DNA of 64,000 nucleotides from Octopus bimaculoides (GCF_001194135.2 NC_068987.1:47495955-47559954), one strand, 5' to 3'. Shown: positions 13,215 through 28,199, counted from the first letter of the stretch. Notes: generated by a model not told the origin, from the letters alone. Translations and numbers: made by a program.

Positions 13215-15051
13215 TTAATAAAAATGATTTTTGACTGGATCCCGTGTTCTGTACTTCAATAGACATTGAGAAAGCTGTTATCATAGTATACAAAAGGTCT
13301 AAATGTTGAATGAAGATATATATGCTTAGTACACAGTTGTTTTGTACATTTGGTGAACTTTGCTTGTATTGACCTTTATCACAACTGACCAAGTATCTGT
13401 GACTGTATTGTCTTAAAATTTTATGAGTAGCCGAAGAAGTGCATTATCAAACAACCATTTGGAAAGTCAGCATTTTTGTCCTATATTCCATTGTGACATA
13501 ATGCCCATGATTAACTCGCTTATCTCTTAACAGCCAAATGAGTTACAACTCTCTGTTGTTGTAGGTAACCACATTTTCTTGGCCAGTAGTACTGAGTTAT
13601 ACATATCCTATAGAAAAGTTAGGGTTTAATCATTTTCAGTGCAAGTTTTGTCTTTCATTCTTTTTACACTACAGAAGTTAGTCCTTTTGTGTCTAAGGAA
13701 GTAGTGAGTGCTTTGTTGAGGGAGATTTGGTTCTCATTGAGCATGCTGAGTGATCATGCAGACATTCCTTTGTTGTTTCAATGAAAAGATTAAAGCATAA
13801 GCACGTCCTTGATAGTTTGGTTCCTTATTGTCACTTCATTGTTATAATTAAAACATGAAAGAGTTTGTAAATGGATGCCTGTAAGAAATATGATAATTTT
13901 CATAACCTGAGTTTCAGTAACACTGTTGTTACCATCCGTCTATTAAATACACTTTTTTGTTTCAGTTACTTTTGAACATAAATGAAGAATTTAATACAAT
14001 AATTTTGCCATTTTAAGATGGTACTTTAAACATAAATTAATATGAAATTTTAATGGTGAGTTTTAATTTAGATTACTCTAAAAAAACAAGTATGTGTCAT
14101 AGAGGTAGTCTCTTAATTATTGGTATCAAAAGGGTTACAAAATCAATCCAGGTATTCTAAATACAGTTTTTTAAAATTTTATTGAAAAGAATTAAAAGAG
14201 TTAATTTGCAATGATAACATTAGAGAAAGGTTGAGCAAGTAATTGAGCATAAAAAATTAAAAGTATCAATTGCTGTCAGTTTTCTGAAGAGACCATGGCA
14301 TAGCTGACATATGATAATTGAAGTAGTACTGGGTGCTGCGAGTCATAGATGTACACAGTAAGGGTACACCAACAAGACCTTAGAGAAGAGAGAGACTGGA
14401 TCTTTGGTTAGGTCTGATGCATATGAAAAGTTATGTAGAACATTGATTTGAAGTCCAGTTTAAGTCGTGCCAACATGGACAAATGCACATGGCACCTATG
14501 ATAAACAAATGGACACAATATGTTAATACCTTCATTTTCAGCTAGCTGATTTATATTATTTGTGTTTCCCCACCCCTGCCACACACATACATGGTCAGCC
14601 CTGATCAAGTTGACCTGTAATGAAAGGAATTTTTAGCCATGATCATCCCACCCTTTTGTATATCCAGGACTACATTGTCTAATATGTCTTTTGTTTTTAA
14701 GATGACACTGTTATTTGAAGGATATGTGGCTGTTATTTTTAACCAGGCAAGTAACTTCTTAGAGGCTCTCATTGGTTCAATTGACTAATGTATGTTTGTC
14801 AAAGATATAAACTGGATGTGTCTGCAAAGCATTTGTTTGATTTGAAGTATCCTGTCTCATATTATCTTCCTATTATGTGATGTACCTTTAAAGAAATAAT
14901 AGCTTTAGCATTTCCTATTTGTATTGTTTGAAATGTTCTGAAACAGCACAATTAAATGATACATTTCTTTATATTTCAGTACCAAGTGCAACTTGTTGAA
15001 GAATCAGACGTATAACTCAGTGATCATTAAAGAGAGATTTACTTCTGAAAA

Positions 15052-15771
15052 ATGGAATTGTTGCCAGATTCTGAAGCTGAGCCATACTACTGTGGAGTAT
15101 GTGGCAAAGAATTTCTTGTTCATGCATTATTGGAGAAACACTTGAAAACCCATACAGTAGAGAGACGTTTCTCTTGTGACATCTGCGGGAAAGACTTCTT
15201 GAAAAACTCTCACCTGACAAGACACATAAGAACACACACGGGAGAGAAGCCTTTCCACTGTGACATCTGCGGCAAGGATTTCTCCGAGAATTACACCTTA
15301 AAAAACCACATAAAAACGCATACTGGAGAGAAACCTTTTCATTGTGATATATGTGATAAGGATTTTACTGAAAGATCCACATTGAAAAAACACCTGAGGA
15401 TCCACACCGGAGAAAAGCCTTACCATTGCACGTTGTGTGGGGATAGCTTTACAGACCATTCTACTTTAAGATGTCACTTGAAGAAACACACAAGAGAAGA
15501 AAAATCATTCCAGTGCGAGACCTGTAGCAAGAATTTCACTACTAAAGCCGCTTTGAAAGGCCACATTCGAATACATAAGAAGGAGAAAACGTTTCCTTGC
15601 AAGGAATGTGGGAAAGAATTCTCACTTAGCCTCCAATTAAAGGCACACATGAAAACACACGCCAAACCTGAGCCACAGTTGAAATCGAATATTTTACGCT
15701 GTAAGATATGCGGGGACAACTTTCTGGACAATGTTGCTTTAACAAGTCATCTAAGAATACATAGAGACTAA
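15052..15771 (+). CDS. C2H2 zinc-finger protein, paralog A (239 aa, 8 fingers, no effector domain)
   Basis: Intact ORF with 8 C-x2-C-x12-H-x3-H fingers and TGEKP linkers between F2-F5. Preceded by acceptor tttcAG at 14978-14979; in-frame TAA upstream of the ATG (15013-15015), so the CDS appears confined to this exon. Confidence 0.93.
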   Translation: MELLPDSEAEPYYCGVCGKEFLVHALLEKHLKTHTVERRFSCDICGKDFLKNSHLTRHIRTHTGEKPFHCDICGKDFSENYTLKNHIKTHTGEKPFHCDICDKDFTERSTLKKHLRIHTGEKPYHCTLCGDSFTDHSTLRCHLKKHTREEKSFQCETCSKNFTTKAALKGHIRIHKKEKTFPCKECGKEFSLSLQLKAHMKTHAKPEPQLKSNILRCKICGDNFLDNVALTSHLRIHRD

Positions 15772-17680
15772 TTTGTGTTTTTATTTGGGCTGAAAGATGG
15801 TATAAATTTTTTTTTTAAATTAATATTTTCTTTTGTATTTCAACTCAATAATAATGATGATAATAATAATAATATTTCAAAGAAAATTTGATTTAACATT
15901 TTTTATTGCAAATTTTTTTTGTCTCCAGAGATTACTTTTCCTTCCATGGAGGAATGAAGCTATTTAACCCAGTATTTCACAAGAGAAGTAAATAGCATTT
16001 GTCAGAATAACAAGTCACCCTTGTCCTTGACATAACACTGCTCATGACGAAAACAAGGATAATTTTTAATATAGGCACAAGGCCATAATATATTGAAGAG
16101 ATTTCTAGTCAATAAAACTAACTTCAGTTTATCCAGGACCACTAAGAATTAACAGTCATAAGGTATATAACTAAATACTACAGGGCATTTTGTCTACCAC
16201 TCTGATGATTCTGCTATCCAGTTCATTCGTTTTTAAACCAGTATGGACAAGAGGCTTATATTATTGAGGTACTATGTAATAGTTGAATACCCTTTCTGTT
16301 GATAACCTTCACCTATTTTAAAAGTAAGGGACTGTGTGCTTGTGTATGTATGTATGTATGTATGTATGCATGCACACACACACTCGTGTGTGGTTCTTTC
16401 AGTTTCTGTACCAAATCAACTCACAAGGCTTTAGTCAGCCTGACTCTTATAACAGAAGACACTTTCCCAAGGTGCTGCACTCATGGACTGAACCTGGAAG
16501 CATGTGGTTGGGAAGTGAACTTCTCAACCAAACATCCATGCTTGCACCTGTGTTCTTAATAATAATGAGGACAATTTCTTACACTGAAAAACCACAGGTT
16601 TTGGTGAGAGAGGTGTTATCAGTTGAAACAAGTGTATTACTGGTACTTATTAAATTAAAGCCAAGCAGGATTTGAACTGAAAATATATAGGGATGTAACT
16701 TTATGCCTCAAGGTATTATTAGTTCACAACTTGATCAATTTCGACCATCCCCAATATTCATAATAATAATAATATCTTAAATTGACGCAACACAAATGTG
16801 TAGGAGTGTGGCATAGTTGATTGAATTCTCAATATATTACTGATATTTATTTTATTAACCCTAAAGGGATGAAAAGCAAAATGTGAATTCAGACCATAAA
16901 TAACTACCACATTTAATTCAAAATTCTATTGATTCTGATATTTACTGCCTTTAATCCTTAAGTATTTAAACTGGCTATATCTGACCCAAATAATCTACCT
17001 GTTTCATGTTCAAACTGGCTAGATATGCTTATGCACACCTATCCTACAGTGTTCTAAAAACAATCACATCACCAAAATTTTGAAGCTATGAGACACTATG
17101 ATTTATTCAAAACAATGGGAATAAATAAGCATTATATTTGATAGAGCAGTCTGAATACTAGAGAGTTAATTATATTCTTTAACTGGCATAAAGGCTAAAG
17201 AAAGCCTCTTGCTGTTGGACACTCAAGTCAACTGATGCCTTTTCTTCATATCTTGGTAGAATATGAAAAGAAAAAAATTTTTACATTTATAACTTATGAT
17301 TGGAAAATGGACAATGGTATATGGTGATTATTCACTCAGAGCATATGTACTGTGCTACAATATTGAACCAACTATGCTGCCATGAGTATTATTCAGAAAT
17401 AAACATAAGGTCATCATTATTTATAAGTGTATATTATTAGATCATCATCATAATTTTAATGTCCACTTTTCCATGCTTGCATGGATTGGATGGAGTTCAT
17501 TGAGGCAGATTTTCTACAACCGAATATCTTTCCTGTCGCCAACCCTCACCTGTTTCTAAGCAAAGTAATATTTCTCCATGGCCAGACAGGTTTTCATAGA
17601 ATATTGGAAATAAACAACACTGCTAGAATAGTGGTGAGACTCATTGACAACTATCATGTGATGTCCAAGACCAGGAGACA

Positions 17681-17723
<43 letters not shown>

Positions 17724-18619
17724 ACAAAGAAACAACTGGTTTCTTTCAGCTTCTATCTACCAATTCTACTCAAAGCTTCAATCAGTCCAGGGCTAGAAGA
17801 TACTTTGCACAAAGTACCACACTGTGAGTGGGTCTGAACCTCAAACCATGTGGTTGGGAAGTACACTTCCTAACTACAGCCACGTCTATACCATGAAAAC
17901 AAGTTACTCCCAGATTGTATCCTATTGCAATAACAAAATAATTATGAAGAAATCAGTTAATGAATTTATACATGAAGCTTAACAAACTCGGGATGCATTA
18001 TGGTGAACTGTTGTTCACTCCATGCCATATCATGTCACAATTAGCTGTGTGTTGTGTACACTGCTATCTCAGAGCAACTACTAGAATATTTCATTTGTAG
18101 AAGACAGAAAAAAATGAGTAGTTTTCCTTGATGTTGCATGAGAATATTATTGAATAAGTTATTTTTTTATGAATTTATTAGCAAACACAACTTCCATGGT
18201 CAAAGAGAAAGAATTTAGAAAAATAACCAAATATGGTTAAAAACTTGGGGAGCAGGAACTGATGTTATATCAGGAATGTGGTAAAACCAAATCCAAAGAT
18301 TTGAGTCTTCAATGATGTGACAGTAATACTTATAATAATAATTTCTAAACATTGTTCAGCAAAACTTTGGAAGGCAGTACCAACAGCCTAATGACTGAAA
18401 CCAGTAAAAGAATAAAATAGACACTAGGCTACATATTTGGAGAAAGTTGATTATATAATTCAAATACTCTTCTTTTGGCAGTTTCTTCATGCCTGATGAT
18501 CATCATGAGAAAGAGTGACACATCTGGTTATGTAAACCAATCCTTTATGCTGCAGGGTTTTTCTTCCTGCCTGCACTTAGTTTTAAAGTGAGAATCAGTT
18601 CATGCATTCTGAATAGACA

Positions 18620-20660
18620 GCACCCTGATAGATAAAGCAGTTAAGGGTATGAAGCCAGGAAAAACCTCCGGCCCTACAGGAATCACTGAGATGCTTAAAA
18701 CATCTGGTGGCGTAGGCTATGGCCTAGTCACCTGTATTGTAAACCAGGTGGTTCATGATGAAGTCGTACCCAATGACTGGTGTAGCAGCACCATAGTCAA
18801 CTGCTCCAAAGGTAAAGGTGATGCTTTAGATAGAAATAACTACAGGGGTATCAAACTGCTGGATCAGGTGATGAGGGTCACAGAGAGGGAGAGAGTTTGC
18901 TTAGATGAGATGCAGTTTGTTTTTGTATCAGGTAGAAGCACCACTGATGCTATATTCCTGGTATGGCAACTGTAGGAGAGATACCTAGCCAAAGATAAGC
19001 CCCTATATTTGGCTTTTGTAGACTTGGAGAAGCCTTTGACAGGGTCCCCTGATCCCTTATCTAGTGGGTGATGCGGAAACTGAGAATTGATGAATGGTTA
19101 ATTAGGGCTGTACAGGCCCAATACAGAGATGCCGTTAGTAAGATTAGGATTGGCAATAAGTATAGTGAAGAATTCTGGGTAGAAGTAGGGGTCCACCAAG
19201 GATCAGCCCCGTCTTATTCATCATGGTTCTCCAGGCAATAACAGAGGAGTTCAAGACAGGTTTTCCCTGGGAGCTCCTCTATGCTGATGACCTGGCCTTC
19301 ATAGCAGAATCACTACCAGAACTAGACAAATTTCAAGTGTGGAAGCACGGTTTAGAATCAAAAGGCCTTAGAGTCAATGTTGTAAAGACCAAAGTTCTAG
19401 TAAGTAGGAAGGTGAACACATCACACACCCCTTCAGGTAGGTGGCACTGCTCGATCTGTAGAAAAGGTGTAGGTAGAAACTCCATAAAATGTATCCAGTG
19501 TTAGCTATGGACACATGAGAGGTGCAGCAACATCAAAGGAAGATTAACTGGGAAGATAGCTTTGTGCAGCAGATGCACGGGGGCAATAAATGCCAGATGC
19601 TCAGAAAGCAGATTCCATCATATGCCAGGGGAAGAAACTAGAAGTAGTTGATAGCTTCCACTACTTAGGTGGCCAAGTCTGTAGTTGGCGTGATGCTCAG
19701 AAAGTATTACCACCAGAATAAGAATAGCCTGGGCAAAGTTCAGAAAGCTTCTACCCCTACTGGTGACAAAGGGCCTCTCTCTCAGTGAAAGATATGTTGT
19801 ATGATGCATGTGTGTGAACTGCTATGCTTCACAGCAGTGAAACAAGGGCTGTGACTGCTGAAGACATGTGTAAGCTCAAAAGAAATGAAGCTAGCATGAT
19901 CTGCTGGATGTGTAATGTCAGTGTGCACACACAACAGTGTAAGCACCCTGAGAGAAATGTTAGACATAAGAAGCATTGGATGTGGCGTGCAAAAGAGACG
20001 TTTGCATTGGTATGGTCATGTACTGTGGATGGATGAGGAGAGCTGTGTGAAGAAGTACCACTCCCAGTCAGTGGAAGGAAGACATGAGATGAGGTAGTGA
20101 AGCATGACCTTCGAATGTTGGGCTTCACAGAGGCAATGACAAAAGACCCGAGACCTCTGGAAGTATGCTGTAACTGAGAAGATCTGGCAAATAAAGTGAG
20201 TTCACAGCTGTAACCTACACCAGCATCACATAACCAGCCCACTCAAAAGTACCTTGGATCATAGGGTGACATGCTGTGCTTGAGGAGACCTATTGAGTCA
20301 AGTACATCCACATCAAAATCAAATCAAATCAAATGGAAATTGTAGTTCTGACCCTCGTGTCGGTGGCACGTAAAAAGCAAAATCTGAACGTGGCCGATGC
20401 CAGTGCCGCCTTGACTGGCTTCCATGCCAGCGGCATGTAAAAAGCAGCATCTGATTGTGGTCAATGCCAGCTCCTCTGGTGGCACATAAAAAGCACCTAC
20501 TACGCTCTCAGACTGATTGGCGTTAGGAAGGGAATCCAGCTGTAGAAACACTGCCAGATCAGATTGGGGCCTGGTGCAGCCTCCTGGTTTCCCAGACCCC
20601 AGTTGAACCATCCAACCCATACCAGCATGGAAAACGGACATTAAATGATGATGATAATGA
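18620..20660 (+). mobile_element. 5'-truncated, frameshifted RTE-clade LINE with 3' UTR and (ATG)n tail
   Basis: RT fragments (GKTSGPTG, NNYRGIKLL, STTDAIF, ELLYADDL, GLRVNVVKTK), RTE C-terminal LHWYGHVL, a long 3' UTR and the tail gcatggaaaacggacattaaatgatgatg. Confidence 0.9.
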
Positions 20661-22859
20661 AGGCAGTGAGGGTTTGTGGTTGGAGTTTCTTCCATAACAT
20701 GCTAATTAATCCGTAGCTGGGACTTTGATGGGTATTACTACTCTGATCAATAATGGCTAAGGGGTGTTTCCTCACTCAAAACCCTGGAACTCCTAAACCA
20801 GGGATCCACTACCGGATGCATTTTAAATTACATATACTAGTAATGATTATTGTATCAACAGGTAGATGAAGACAAATTTAAAGTCAAAGTAACTTCTGTG
20901 ATCTCTAACTTTGTCTCAAGATCATCAATTTTGGTGGGGAGGGGTGGGGTAAAATTGATTGCCCCAACCTAACATTTGCTTTTATCAACCTTAACCCTTT
21001 AGCATTTAAACTGGTCGTATCCAGGCAAAATATTCCATCTGTTTTGTGTTCACACTGGCCAGATCTGACCTCTCACACATATACACTTTGATATCATTGT
21101 AAAAATAAACAATCACGTCATTGAAATCATGAAACAGTGAGATAATGCATGATTAATAGAAAACAATGTGAATAAATAAGCATTACATTCGTCAGAGTAA
21201 TCTGAAAGCTAAAAGTTAAAGGAAGTAGAATTGGACTCCCTACAGGAGGGATGAAACTAAAATCTGTTTGAGATTTAGTCTGGTATTGGACTACTCATAG
21301 GTTGTGAGTTCAAATTTTTGTTGGTAATTTGTTGTTTTAGAGCTTGCTATTTTATTTTCTATTGCCTCAGTTCAGTTAGCTGTAGAAAATAACGCAATAA
21401 CAGATCATTTGAAAATTATATCTACTATAGACCAGCATTCAATCCTGAGAAAGATCTCATTTACTTAACATCATGAAACCAGAGTTGAGAACTAACCCTT
21501 AAAAAGTCCTTTCTGATTTTTTAGGGAAGAAATTTGGACTGCTTCTCCACTGTTTCTGCCACTTTAATTATATTAATATCATTAGCGATTTTAATTATTA
21601 ATTTCATTGATAATGATAAAGATAATTTTAACATTTGTTCTTCCTTGTTGATATAGACTAGACGGGTTTGCAGTGCAATATATTATCAGTCGTCATCCTT
21701 TATCATAGCTTCTGTAAGGCTCAGCATCCTGGGTTTCCTGAATTTTTACTGTTATCATACAGTACCTTTAACCCACTTATCCTCCATTTCCATCATGTCA
21801 GTTCCAGCAAAAGCATTTGTCTTGCTGACATCTGGTAATATCTTTAATACCTGATGATACTCATTTCATTTGTGCACTTGTCCTTCATTGAGACAAATAT
21901 AATATCCAATTGATCATATTCACCACTTTTCTCCTCCATCTCTGTACATCATCAATATTCAACATACATGATGTCTCACTATTGTCATAGCATCCCACAT
22001 TTTACTTCATGTTGTGTATCTAAATTTTTTGCCATAAATATTTGTCTGTTATATATTTTCAAGCTGCTTTTTAGTGTTAATGATAATAGTTGAAAGATCA
22101 ACATCTGTACATAAACTTAGGTATGATTTAGCCAAAATTGGCTCAGGCTATATCTAACTTAATAGCATCACCTGATAGAGCTTCTTAAGTCATTTTAATG
22201 TTAAGTTTTGTGATATCATGGCTTATTCAAGTTAGAAGCTGTTGACTAAGATGTATCCAGGTATTGGTGGTTTATCTGGTATCCTTGAAGAAGTTTGTCT
22301 AGATATAGTTTCAAGGTTATGGGATCTTTTTTTAAAGATAATATTGACTGATATTTCTTCTTGCAAAGGAAAAGTAATTGTGTTGCAGCGTGATTTGTGC
22401 AGGGAGTGTTTGGCACAAAATCCCAGCTTTGGATGAATTGTAAACTAGATGTTAAGGTCATTTGGGGGTAAGGTTGGTGATATATTCTTTACATTTATAA
22501 ATTTGACATCAACTGAATTTGAACTCAGAATGTAAAGAGCCAAAAGAAATACTGAGAGCAGTTTGTATGATGCTCAACAGATCCTCCCAAACCACACGCT
22601 CAAGAAAATTTGACATTGGCAGAATTTGAATTCAGAACATAAAGAACCAGAGCAAATACTGAGAGCAGTTTGTATGATGCTCAGCCGATTTTGCCAAACT
22701 GCACCCAATATAGAAGACAAGTACTGATAATACTCTACTTTCCCTTTACATTCCCACTCCCAGGATCTAACTACTGTTAGTCAAATAAAAAAAAGAATAG
22801 TTGGTGATGTGGCCCTATTGGGAACTGAACAATGATGAATCGAAGGACAAGTGGAGGTG

Positions 22860-23450
22860 GAATAGGTAAGTTATTAGATGACCTGCTGATGAATCCACAG
22901 TGAAATTAGGACAAAAACAATGGAAACAGTATGTGTGTGTGTATGTATATATATATATAATGTCAGTGTCTATGCACTTTTTGATGAAAGGTGTGCACTC
23001 ATACAAAAATACTTTGTGGTGGGCCGATGGACTGTCAAGGGTATGTTTCTTTGGAATAGAATTGTCCTTTATCCACTTAATACAAAACCAGAAGTAATCT
23101 TGGAGATGATTATTCTTTCTTCAATTTAAAAAATTTTTGTGCTAGAAATAAATGGGAGATCTCTTTAAGAGTTATTCTGACAAATTTTAATTATTTTTTC
23201 TGCAGAAGATAGCCACCTTTCAGAATATATAAAATTTTAAGATATTTCCACCAAAGAACATGAATTACTCTTTGGCAATGTTCCTGCCTCCATTGGATGT
23301 CAGATGATAGGTTTCACTTACAAAATATTTAATTTGAACATCAAACACAGCAGTATGGAAAATATTAAAATGGTGGTGTAAGTTACAGTATTGTATTATG
23401 TCCATGGCCTACCAATAACATTTAACTTTAATTCGCCTTCTGCTGGCTAC
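22860..23450 (-). mobile_element. Highly decayed pogo/Tigger-like DDE transposase remnant
   Basis: Hand translation gives GELKLNVIGRP, WIKDNSIPKKHTLDSPSAH and a DQQVI-like segment in the order of the pogo DDE motifs (KLxVIG, LDNAPAH, PMDQGVI); interrupted by microsatellite and stops. Confidence 0.4.
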
Positions 23451-24760
23451 AGTTAACAGTAACAATCCTTTCTACTATAGGCACAGGGCCTGAACTTTTT
23501 GGTGGGAGTGGGTAAGTCAATTGCATCAACTCCAGTGCTTTATTGAGCCTGAAAGGATGAAAGACAGAAGAAATGCTGCTAAACATTTTGCCTGGCGTGC
23601 TAATGGTTCTGCCAGCTCCGCACCTTAACAGTAATAATGAAGTTAAGGCAACTCGCCAATGTAAGATGGGTACACTGTATAAATTATCTTGTTTCTTGTA
23701 GCTATGAGCGAGTAGTAAAAGTCCACTCTAGGAGATAGTTCTTTGGAAATCTTGTAGATGCTATATGTACAAGTTAGTCGGCGTTTAAGATTCATTGATG
23801 AAGTTTTTACCTCTAGTTAACAGAATATTACTGTCTATTTTCGTTATTTTTTTTAATGTCTGTAGTCCACACCCGTCTATCAGTCTCAGGGGAAATAACT
23901 CCAGTTGGTTATGATACTAAAAAAAATTTAGAAGTTTCAATTTGCTCATCTGTAGTAACAGTAAATTCGAAGACATGATGAAGTATTTATGTATCTAATA
24001 GAGAGTGATTACCTTGGAATAGATTATCCTGATATTAGATTTAAATCTTAGGAAATCCTTTCATGAATCCGTTTATTTGTACAACCTAGAAGAAAGCCAG
24101 GGCTCACACCAGTGTAGGGGCAAGACCAAAGGAAAAGGACAACAGCCAAGAGAAATGGATGGCACTTATCAGTTTGAATTTTCACAAGTTGATCAGTTCC
24201 ATGTTAACTGTGACTGGGCAGATTATGAGCACAGAGATCCTGATTTTAAAGGTAATATCTAGGACTACATTATCCAATTCTCATTTTCAAGCAAGTAGGA
24301 AGAGCTTTGTTTATTGTTTTCAGCTATTCATGTGACAACATAGAGGCGACCTTGTTGGTTTCAAGGAAAAGAAATTTCAGAATATAATTTACATTCATAA
24401 TATTATTTATAATATTGCAAGCTCTGATACCTCAACATTCAAGGTGGAATGTTTCTTTAAACCTTTTGAGACCATACCTGGTTTTATAATAAAAACGTTC
24501 TGTTCAAAGTGATCTAAATAAAAATTTTCTGTCAAAATTTCATAATTTAGGTTTCTATCTAACATCAGCTGAATAATGACATTAATTTTACAAAATTCTT
24601 CACTATTTTAAAGATTAATCGAAGCAAAGGCAGTTTATTTCAACAGAAATGTGATAATGAAAGGATTGACTGAAAATTATACTTCTGTCCAGCTGCTTAT
24701 AAATTTCAGTTTTGTGAATGTCTGTATAAGAGCATTAAGAAATAGTTTTATGGAAAGGCG

Positions 24761-27191
24761 AATCGTTACCAGCTTAGCATATTTTATGCTAGATCTAACA
24801 TTTTTATTTTTGAGCATTTAGCAGAAAATTTTTGAATCTAGCATTTAGCAGGGAAAATAGCAGGTTTAAAATTTGTTTAGCATTTTTCTCTGATCATGAC
24901 ATTTCCACAATAGTTAGCCTTTTTTCTTCTTTTCCCTCCTTTTCTACTTTCGTTTTTAGTACTATCGGCTATTGTTGAATTTTTCTTGCACTTTCTTGAA
25001 ACTTCAGACGAAAGTTTATCAAGTTATGAACTTTTCCAGCCCCCCCCCCCTGCTTTGATACAGAGTGGTGTTGGTGGGGAGAGGGGGAGAAGATAACTCA
25101 TGTCAGCACCTGAACTCACTACACAATAATGTAAATATGTTGCAAAGAATGAAAGCATGGAAATTCGTCCTGACAATGCTTTATTCTGTAGTGATGAGTT
25201 TTTATCATGACAGGTTACTTTCAGTTTATTCTAAAATAGGCCTGTGCTTTTTCATGCTTGTTTTGGATTATATTTCCACCTACTTTTTTTTTCAAGTATT
25301 GTAGTTATAGTTGTGGTTTTACCAATAGATATTAAATGTAAGATTGGAAGCAAAATATGATGTTCCCAGGTTTATATCAGAACACAGTTTTAGGATTTCT
25401 GCAGATTTTACTTTTCCATTTATAAGTTGGTCACACTGCATCCTGAATCAGTATTCTTCACCTCAAGAATTTGTAAGCAGAAAACATAAGAATTGTTAAC
25501 AACAAACTGATAAGTTGTGCTTTCAAATTTATATTTTTATTTATCATCCAATTTATTTTCTTGCTTCCCACTACATTATAATGAACAAAGAAAAAACAAA
25601 GTTGTACCAATAAAAATTCCGAAAGGAATGGCTTAAGATGCCAGCATTTACTAAGTGGTTGTGTGAAGTACCTAGTGACCAATCTAAAGCACATTGCAGA
25701 TATTGTAGATGTAATATGTTGGCAAAATATTCTCTTTTAGTAAGCCACTGTAAAGCAAAGAAACATAAGGCATCAACTCCACAGCAAATAATTCCGCTTA
25801 CCAATTTTATTAAAACCCCAAATGATAAGACATCTATGCTTGAAGCAAATTTAGCAATGTTTATTTGTTGCCACTCCTCATTTAATAGAGTTATGTAAGA
25901 ATTATATGTCTGATAGTGATATGTCCAAAGTGAAGTTGCATCGTACAAAATGTGCAAATGTTGTGAGAAATGTTGTAGTTCTATATTTTGATGGAAATTT
26001 GATTTCTGGTACAGGAGATAGGAAATTTAGCCTGTTATTAGATGAATCCAATGATATATTGATAAATAAGTTGTTAGAAATTGTTATCATATATTATAGT
26101 GACACTCACAAAAAAGTGGTACATACATATCTCAGTATGGTATCTATAGAAACGTGATGCAGACGGCATTGTAGATGCCTTAAAAATTGAATTAATGAAA
26201 AAGAAATTAGATATAAAAAATTTACTGGCTGTAGGAACCGACAATGCTAGAGTAATGATAGGGAGTCAACAATGGTGTTTTCCAGAAATTAAAAGAAGTT
26301 CCATCATTACTTCTATTTAGATGTGTATGCCATTCTTTACAGTTGGCAGTATCCCACACTTGTGCTGAATGCCTGCCCATAAATTTAGAATTTTTAGTAT
26401 CCGAAACCTATAAATGGTCCTCTCATTCTTCAACAAGACAAAGTGCCTACAAACAACTTTACCTTGCTATCAATGATAAAGAGCCTTTGAAGATTGTGAA
26501 TTCTTGTACAACTAGGTGGCTGTCAATAGAACCAGTGGTAAATAGAATTTTAAGCCAAAGGTTTGAGTTGCAAACTCACTTCCAAACTACAACAAAAAAA
26601 AATGCTTTACAGCACAAATGTTACATGAAATGTTTTGTGATTCTAGGATTGAACTTTACCTTTTATTTTTGCATCCAATTTTAAAATATGTTCAGGAAGT
26701 GAATAAACTGTTTGAATCAAACACTGTCGACAAAACAAAATTACTTGAAGATCTTTCAAATTTGATCAAATCTATTGCTAATATGATAGTGTTGTCCACA
26801 TGTAGAATTCATCCTCTTGATCCAGATGCTTCTATTGAAAAATTTCTGGATCCTAAAGCAAATTTAGGCTTCAGGTTCAAGAGAAAGATAGTAGAAATGA
26901 TTATCAAGAAGACTGTAATAGCCACTGAAGAAAATAATATTCACAAAAGAGCACAACAATTTGAATGTATAGAGAAGTCAAGACCTAGGCACTGCAGCTG
27001 AAAGTGATCAAATCAGTGAAATTCAAAAATTATTTCTCAATGCTGAATATAATTAAAGAAAGTAAATAAAAATTAAGCTTTTTGATATAATTAGTCTTTA
27101 GCTTTTTTTTTTTATCACATTTAGCATTTTTCTGGTATTTTTTTCTACTGAAATTTAGCATAAAAATTCTGATTTTAACTTGGCAACACTG
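24761..27191 (+). mobile_element. Decayed hAT transposon (ZNF862/KIAA1586-like transposase, about 25570-27001)
   Basis: N-terminal zinc finger (AHCRYC..HCKAKKH), KLHRTKC, FSLLLDESND, CVCHSLQLA, TTRWLS across several frames. Right TIR TGGCAACACTG at 27181-27191; left end degenerate with subterminal TTAGCA repeats. Confidence 0.85.
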
Positions 27192-28199
27192 GGAATCAAT
27201 GAAATAGGTATGTGCTGGGGTAAAAAAAAAAAAGAGTTATTTTACTGTAGCAATTTAGGGTCATGTAGTGATTGTATATTTCTGCTATTAAAATATACTG
27301 GACCTTTATGTCTCAGCTGGCAGGTGTTTTAAAGGTTCCTATCTATGTAGACATGTCTAGTTTATGAATAGATGACAGTTGAGGAGGGGGTGAATGTCTT
27401 TTAGGTAAGTGTGTGATTAGAAGTGAGAGTAAATACATTAACATGGAGAATGAATAGTGTAGAAGTCATTACTGAAACATGGGATATCGATATTGCCAAA
27501 TTTGAAAGAATGTGATGTAATGGTTAGTTCTTCATTGCAGTCGAGGGTGACCGATTGTAATCGATGGATGTGATAACTGTTCATTCAAAGGCGAAGGCTG
27601 CAAATCTTTAACTCAGGATCACCAATTTGAAACGGTTGGTATTTGTTGGTGGCCAGTGTAACAGTTTGCATTATGATATATATTGGAGTTAACAGTTAGT
27701 GATTGTAATGAGTGCTGCTGTTGCAGATGTGCAAGATGAACAAAGAATAGTGATTGAAGTTGTAAAGAAACACACACATACATACATACACAATGAGCTT
27801 CTTTCAGTTTCCATCTACTAAATCCACTAGGCTTTGGACAGCTCATGTCTATAGTACACAAGGTGCTATGCAGTGGGATTGGACCCTCTGCCACATGGTT
27901 GGGAAGCAGGCTTCTTAGCCTCACAACCACACCTGTGCCACATGGTTATGGTTTGTCCGCATTACTCCATAAGGAGTATAGGGTCAGTTTCCTGGTTTCT
28001 CTGGTGTATATATTCCTTCCCAGATAGGATGCTGGTCCATGACAAGAAAACTCACTTTTGCCAGCTGAGTGGACTGGTGCTATGTGAAATGAAGTGTTTT
28101 GCTCAAGAACACAATGCATCGCCTGATCCAGGAATTGAAACCATAATCTTATGATCATGAGTCCAATGCCCTAACCGCTAAGCCATGTGCTTCTACCTG

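Noticed and set aside
12024-13600. Two diverged similar blocks (12024-12200 and 13400-13590) as conserved exons
   Set aside because: Both have stops in the frames checked and lie among decayed RT-like sequence; better explained as old LINE copies.
14980-15051. N-terminal coding extension of A and B from an upstream exon (e.g. a KRAB/ZAD-like domain)
   Set aside because: An in-frame TAA lies at the 12th codon after the acceptor in both A and B.
15474-15731. Antisense ORFs over the ZNF genes (also 39805-39987)
   Set aside because: Shadows of repetitive ZNF codons; no independent motifs.
22515-22710. About 105-bp tandem duplication
   Set aside because: Local duplication of a degraded SINE fragment; no further structure.
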